Shown in pieces: positions 34,898-37,843 of a DNA stretch of 37,843 nt. The stretch lies in the UHGV virus genome UHGV-1372824. One strand, given 5' to 3'. How positions within the stretch are numbered: the stretch's first letter is position 1; every line of letters starts with the position of its first letter. The notes beneath the pieces are model-generated. The model worked only from the letters and a program-made list of their open reading frames with translations. It made no database searches and was not told where the DNA came from. Origin of the DNA: a virus. The translations under genes were made by a program, and so were the position numbers.

Positions 34898-35587
34898 ATG
34901 GCAATTAAGGCAGTGGATCAGATAACCATCGTCGATGTGACCGACGCTTATTCGGTCATCTTAACAAGTGAAGCGTACACCTTTGTAGGGAATACATCGG
35001 GAGCTCCGTCGGGGCTCTCGTGCTCTACACAGGCAGTAGCGTTCTGCGGTTCAAATCAATGCTCCGTGGTGAATGTTACGGCATCGGACATTGAATGTCC
35101 GTCGGGTATTTCCGCAACAGTCACAAACAGCGGCACATCATCACCTACAATCACATTCAGGACCACGGCAACAATAACGGATGCCTGCGAGGCAACTATT
35201 CCTGTTGTGGTAGACGGAATCACGGTGAATAAGAAGTTCTCTTTTGCAGTAGCAAAGAAGGGAGCGACCGGGACGGCTGGCACCAACGGAACAAACGGCA
35301 CAAACGGAAAGGACGGAGCCGCCGGAGCTGATGCAATATCAATGGCAATATCAAGCTCAAACGGAACCGTATTCAAGAACAATTCCGGCTCGACAGTGTT
35401 AACAGCTCACGTATACAAGGGCGGTGTTGAGCAGTCAATCACGGATGCCGGAGTGTGCGGCACGCTTGGTAGCGTCAAATGGTACAAGGGAGGGGATGCC
35501 ACGGCAATAGCAACGGCAAAATCAGTAACAGTAAATGCGGCTGATGTTGCAAGCGCAGTAGCGTACACTTGTAAGCTGGAGCAGTAA
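34898..35587 (+). CDS. tail fibre component with collagen-like GATGTAGTNGTNGTNGKDGAAGADA and Ig-like domain
   Basis: Gly-X-Y run; domain paralogous to the C-terminus of the preceding gene. Confidence 0.5.
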   Translation: MAIKAVDQITIVDVTDAYSVILTSEAYTFVGNTSGAPSGLSCSTQAVAFCGSNQCSVVNVTASDIECPSGISATVTNSGTSSPTITFRTTATITDACEATIPVVVDGITVNKKFSFAVAKKGATGTAGTNGTNGTNGKDGAAGADAISMAISSSNGTVFKNNSGSTVLTAHVYKGGVEQSITDAGVCGTLGSVKWYKGGDATAIATAKSVTVNAADVASAVAYTCKLEQ

Positions 35588-37479
35588 TGACTGTAAGGGC
35601 AAGCGCCACGGTCACGGTCTCGAAATACCGGGATATAACATCGACCGTGCGGTACTACAAATTGCAGACCTCGACATTGTCCGCTCCCGCAAAGCCCACA
35701 ACAAACCCTCCGAGCGGGTGGAGCGATTCAGAGCCGGCATATTCGAGCGGCACATATACGTTATACTTCTGCGACCTCTCTGTTTTTTCGGATGGCACCT
35801 GGAGTTATTCGGCGGTCAGCAAGTCAAGCAGCTATGAAGCGGCAAAGGAAGCCTACAACAAGGCGGTTGAAGCGGCAAAGGTTGCAACAAACTTTATGCT
35901 TCTGACCGATGAGGACGGACTTGTCATCGGTAACATAACGGCGAATGTTCTCCGGGGCAACATACAACTAAAAGCAGAGACAAGCGGAGCATCAATATCA
36001 CTTCGAGACGGCACGAACATTCTCGCAAGGTTCTCGGCAACAAATAAGTCGTTCACCGGCATTACATCGGCTGTGACTTCAACCTCGAGTGATTCAAGCT
36101 CAGAACAGGGGGAGGCGGGAAGCTCAAGCGGAACAATTACAGGTGCATCGCAGACAGTCACAAGCGGGCAGTCAAAAGACATCGTGAAGATTGAGAGCCT
36201 TAACCCTGTTTACTTTCCGCAAGGAATTACAACAGACGGGGTTATTGTCAACGACGACAGCTTGATATCCAATGTGGATTTCACTCTGAACGGCAGAATC
36301 TTTGATAAGAACGGCAGATCTGCATTCGAACCGTACACAGGAGACGGGAACCTGTCAATCGGATATGGGCGTTTCAAGGCCGCCACGGCAAGCAGTACGG
36401 ACTGGAGCATTCTTTATGGGAATAAGGTCAAGCTCGCCACAAAAAACGGTGTATGGCTCACTCAGGACGGCTCAGTGGCATTTGAGACATACAATTCCAA
36501 CGGCAACATGTCGATGGGCTACCACCTTTACAAGAAGGGCACCGGAGACTTGAATCTGTACGGCGGGGCTGACATCAATCTGCGAGCCAAAACGACATCC
36601 ATTATAGACTCCACGGGAAGCTCCTGCTTCGAAGCTAAAAACGCTAACGGTAACACGGTTATCGGGTATGCCCGGTACTCCAAAGGCGGCAATACTAATA
36701 TTTATGGAGGAACCGAAATAAATTTAGTAACCAATAGCGGAAATGTTGTTGCTAATTGTTCGATAATACCAGAGACAAATTCGTCGATGGCATTAGGCAA
36801 GTACAACGAGCTCGGATGGTCGAACATCTATATCGGAAATGCCAGCGGGGTGTATAACGGGCTTCGTGTTATTGTAGACGGCTCAAGTAAGAACCTATGC
36901 GGTAGAGACGGAGACGGACACGTTATCTTCGGAAATATTGACGGTGTAATGCATTACCAGGCTAAGAATGTTAACGCCTCAAACACCGGTAATGCGTTCA
37001 GAATCACTTCCGGGAATAACGACGCAAAGAACAACACAACTTCTATATGGCTATTCGGTGCGGCTGACTCCACATCCCGATATATCGGCTCTTATATGGC
37101 ATACGACCGCACATATTCCTCTGCGGCAAATATGGTGGTTACTGGAAACGGAGTATTCGGGCGCAGTACATCATCATCTGAGCGATACAAAACCGATATA
37201 GAACTTGCCGACATCGGAGAGCTGAAAGGTCTTTACAGTCTGCCTGTCAAGCGGTTCAAGTATCGCAAAGACTACATTGCAGAGGATGACGAGCTGTACA
37301 ACACGGATATATACGGCTTTATCGTGGAAGACCTGGAGGAAGTGCTACCGTGTGCGGTACAGCATATAGAATCTGACGACGGCACGAAACTGCCCGAGAT
37401 GTGGAACAGTAACATCATCGTGCCGGCACTATTAAGTCTTATTCAAGACCTGAACAACAGAGTAAGCGTTCTTGAATGA
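35587..37479 (+). CDS. tail fibre / receptor-binding protein with C-terminal S74-type intramolecular chaperone (self-cleaving) domain
   Basis: Three tandem ~45-aa repeats (FE.Y..NGN.S.GY.RYKKG...N.YGG..INL); C-terminal SERYKTDIELADIGELKGLYSLPVKRFKY...IVPALLSLIQDLNNRVSVLE resembles endosialidase/L-shaped fibre chaperone domains. Confidence 0.6.
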   Translation: MTVRASATVTVSKYRDITSTVRYYKLQTSTLSAPAKPTTNPPSGWSDSEPAYSSGTYTLYFCDLSVFSDGTWSYSAVSKSSSYEAAKEAYNKAVEAAKVATNFMLLTDEDGLVIGNITANVLRGNIQLKAETSGASISLRDGTNILARFSATNKSFTGITSAVTSTSSDSSSEQGEAGSSSGTITGASQTVTSGQSKDIVKIESLNPVYFPQGITTDGVIVNDDSLISNVDFTLNGRIFDKNGRSAFEPYTGDGNLSIGYGRFKAATASSTDWSILYGNKVKLATKNGVWLTQDGSVAFETYNSNGNMSMGYHLYKKGTGDLNLYGGADINLRAKTTSIIDSTGSSCFEAKNANGNTVIGYARYSKGGNTNIYGGTEINLVTNSGNVVANCSIIPETNSSMALGKYNELGWSNIYIGNASGVYNGLRVIVDGSSKNLCGRDGDGHVIFGNIDGVMHYQAKNVNASNTGNAFRITSGNNDAKNNTTSIWLFGAADSTSRYIGSYMAYDRTYSSAANMVVTGNGVFGRSTSSSERYKTDIELADIGELKGLYSLPVKRFKYRKDYIAEDDELYNTDIYGFIVEDLEEVLPCAVQHIESDDGTKLPEMWNSNIIVPALLSLIQDLNNRVSVLE

Positions 37480-37500
37480 GCATGAGAAAGGAAACTGATA

Positions 37501-37843
37501 ATGACAATTAAAGCACAGGCATTGACTACCCTTGTAATTAACAAGGATGGCGAGGCAGGTCCGCAAGGCGAACCTGGAGCTGACGGCTATTCCCCGACAG
37601 TAACCACAGGCACATCATCAGACGGAAGCACTACGGTAACTGTTACAAACAAGGACGGTTCAACGACAACCGTACTTGTAGACGGAACAGCGAGAACTGG
37701 CGTTGATTCACTTAATGACACTGTATTCGGAGTACAGACTTTTGAGTATATCCTTGACGGTGTAACCATCCCTGCCCACAAAAGGGAAGACGGCACTTAT
37801 TACTACATCCTCAACGATGAGGAAGTTACGGTTGCAGAAGCTG
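37501..37843 (+). CDS. tail fibre protein, 5' part (open at window end), collagen-like GEAGPQGEPGADG
   Basis: ATG 37501; no stop before the window end. Confidence 0.5.
   Translation, partial: MTIKAQALTTLVINKDGEAGPQGEPGADGYSPTVTTGTSSDGSTTVTVTNKDGSTTTVLVDGTARTGVDSLNDTVFGVQTFEYILDGVTIPAHKREDGTYYYILNDEEVTVAEA

Noticed and set aside
1-37843. Two tandem prophages (lysis of one followed by int of the next) as the explanation for lysis genes preceding int
   Set aside because: Only one copy of every module is present and the end-to-start frames match; a single circularly permuted genome is more parsimonious, although an integrated context cannot be excluded from sequence alone
1-37843. Search for tRNA, rRNA and CRISPR arrays
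   Set aside because: No cloverleaf-compatible segments with conserved T-loop motifs and no regularly spaced repeat-spacer arrays were seen; the repeats found are iterons, operators or coding repeats

Overview
This window reads as a near-complete temperate siphovirus genome of about 38 kb, probably circularly permuted. The host is probably a Firmicute/Clostridia-type bacterium. The evidence is the SH3b endolysin, a Prp/L27-type cleavage motif, a stand-alone Spo0A C-terminal domain, an ArpU-like late regulator and a Listeria-Bacteroides repeat in a tail fibre. Gene order on the + strand is as follows. Tail fibre genes span the window junction. Then come a CBM5/12-like protein, the holin and endolysin, an insulated divergent pair (Spo0A_C-like protein and an XRE/S24-like regulator), a repeat-rich attP-like intergenic region, and a minus-strand lysogeny block of tyrosine integrase, lipoprotein and CI-like repressor. 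A divergent promoter/operator switch follows, with a small ORF and Cro-like and Xis-like HTH genes. Next is a recombination module (Gp157, Rad52/Sak-like SSAP, NinB-like, HNH-like, SSB, Hjc-like resolvase), then a replisome organiser with internal iterons and an ArpU-like regulator. A long run of small, often Cys-rich ORFs includes two paralogous genes and a MazG-like NTP-PPase. Two terminators precede a three-gene cassette centred on an unusual ABC-ATPase-GNAT fusion protein. The packaging and structural genes then run in order: TerS, TerL, portal, Mu-F minor head protein, a Prp-family cysteine protease, scaffold, major capsid protein, connector and tail-completion proteins, and a major tail protein followed by a terminator. 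Tail assembly chaperones with a TTTTTTA -1 frameshift site, the tape measure protein, Dit, Tal and several fibre proteins complete the set. No rRNA, tRNA or CRISPR array was recognised. The most striking signals are the ABC-ATPase-GNAT cassette just upstream of the packaging genes, the phage-encoded Prp protease with matching LQ(L/M)FA N-terminal motifs on four structural proteins, and the Spo0A effector-domain gene next to a canonical 0A box.
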